DNA of 38,026 bases from Deltaproteobacteria bacterium (GTDB lineage Bacteria > Myxococcota > JACRCW01): the NCBI GenBank assembly GCA_016218805.1, contig JACRCW010000086.1, forward strand, positions 1 through 38,026, read 5' to 3'. This document shows positions 37,352-38,026 of the stretch, piece by piece. Under the pieces are notes generated by a model. It made no database searches. It was not told the origin of the DNA and saw only the letters and a program-made list of their open reading frames with translations. The translations under genes and the position numbers were made by a program. Positions within the stretch are counted from its first letter, which is position 1. The number at the start of each line of letters is the position of its first letter.

Positions 37352-38026
37352 TCACCGCTTGAAGTGCTCGGCCACCACGTGCGCCACGCAGCAGGTGACC
37401 TTCTGCGCCGTGGGGAGGTGCAGGAACTCATTGGGGCCGTGCGCGTTGGCGCCGGGCCCCAGGACGCCCGTGATGAGGAACTGCGCCTGCGGGAACCGGT
37501 CGCCCAACATGGCCATGAACGGGATGGAGCCGCCTTCACCCATCAGGCACGCGGGCTTGCCAAAGTACCGCCGGCTGCCCTCATCCATGGCGCGCTCCAG
37601 CCACGGCGCCAGCGCCGGCGAATCCCACCCCGCGCTGCATTTCTCCAGCTTGAAATTCACGCGCGCGCCGTACGGCGGGTCCCGCTCCAGCGCCTCCTTC
37701 AGCGCCTTGCCGGCCTTCTCCACGTGCGTGGACGGCGGCACGCGCATGGACAGCTTCACCGTGGTGGCCGGGCGCAGCACGTTGCCCGCCAGCTCCAGCG
37801 CCGGCAGGCCGGATGCGCCGGTGACGGACAGCATGGGACGCCACGTGCGGTTGAGCACCAGCTCCGCGTTGTCCTTGTCCATGGGGCGCACGCCCGCGTG
37901 CGTGGGGTACTGCTGGTGCACGGAATCACCCAGGGCGTCCGCCACCGCGCGCGCCTGCGTGATGCGCGCCGCCGGGATGGGCGCGTGCAGCTCGGGCAGC
38001 TTCACCACGCCGGTGACGTCGTCATC
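37352..38026 (-). CDS. M20/M25/M40 family metallopeptidase (partial, runs off the window)
   Basis: LNRTWRP.LSVTG, AGNVLRP...KLSMRVPP, MGEGGSIPFM, and GVLGPGANAHGPNEFLH. Confidence 0.9.
   Translation of the reverse strand, partial: DDDVTGVVKLPELHAPIPAARITQARAVADALGDSVHQQYPTHAGVRPMDKDNAELVLNRTWRPMLSVTGASGLPALELAGNVLRPATTVKLSMRVPPSTHVEKAGKALKEALERDPPYGARVNFKLEKCSAGWDSPALAPWLERAMDEGSRRYFGKPACLMGEGGSIPFMAMLGDRFPQAQFLITGVLGPGANAHGPNEFLHLPTAQKVTCCVAHVVAEHFKR

Overview
High-GC window with myxobacterial (Myxococcota-like) gene content: Cys-rich repeat lipoproteins, a MYXO-CTERM-like protein and an STK/ECF pair. The left flank (1-8.1 kb) holds a frameshifted lamin-tail-domain lipoprotein, a 10-repeat Cys-rich lipoprotein, an FAD oxidoreductase, a DUF3102-like helical protein followed by tandem palindromes, a site-2 protease and rffA/wecE. 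The right flank (36.1-38 kb) holds cinA and a partial M20 peptidase. Between rffA and cinA lie two apparently inserted blocks. Block A (about 8.15-12.74 kb) is an ECF sigma + Ser/Thr kinase-TPR + membrane protein cassette bracketed by a ~294-bp direct repeat of the rffA 5' end. Block B (about 13.03-36.09 kb) is a compositionally distinct (TCGA-rich) island with a probable decayed tyrosine-recombinase remnant at its left edge. It carries a CusCBA-type efflux operon, a sigma54 response regulator, two His-rich sensor kinases, a Met/Cys-rich lipoprotein, two GMC oxidoreductases, a class III cyclase-YHS fusion, an MCP and others. Eight GG-N10-GC sigma54 promoter candidates and a recurring upstream motif (GAATAGTC core) suggest block B is one self-contained metal-responsive sigma54 regulon whose efflux core is intact while accessory genes are decaying. 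No CRISPR, rRNA or tRNA was seen. All calls come from reading the sequence by eye; no searches were run.
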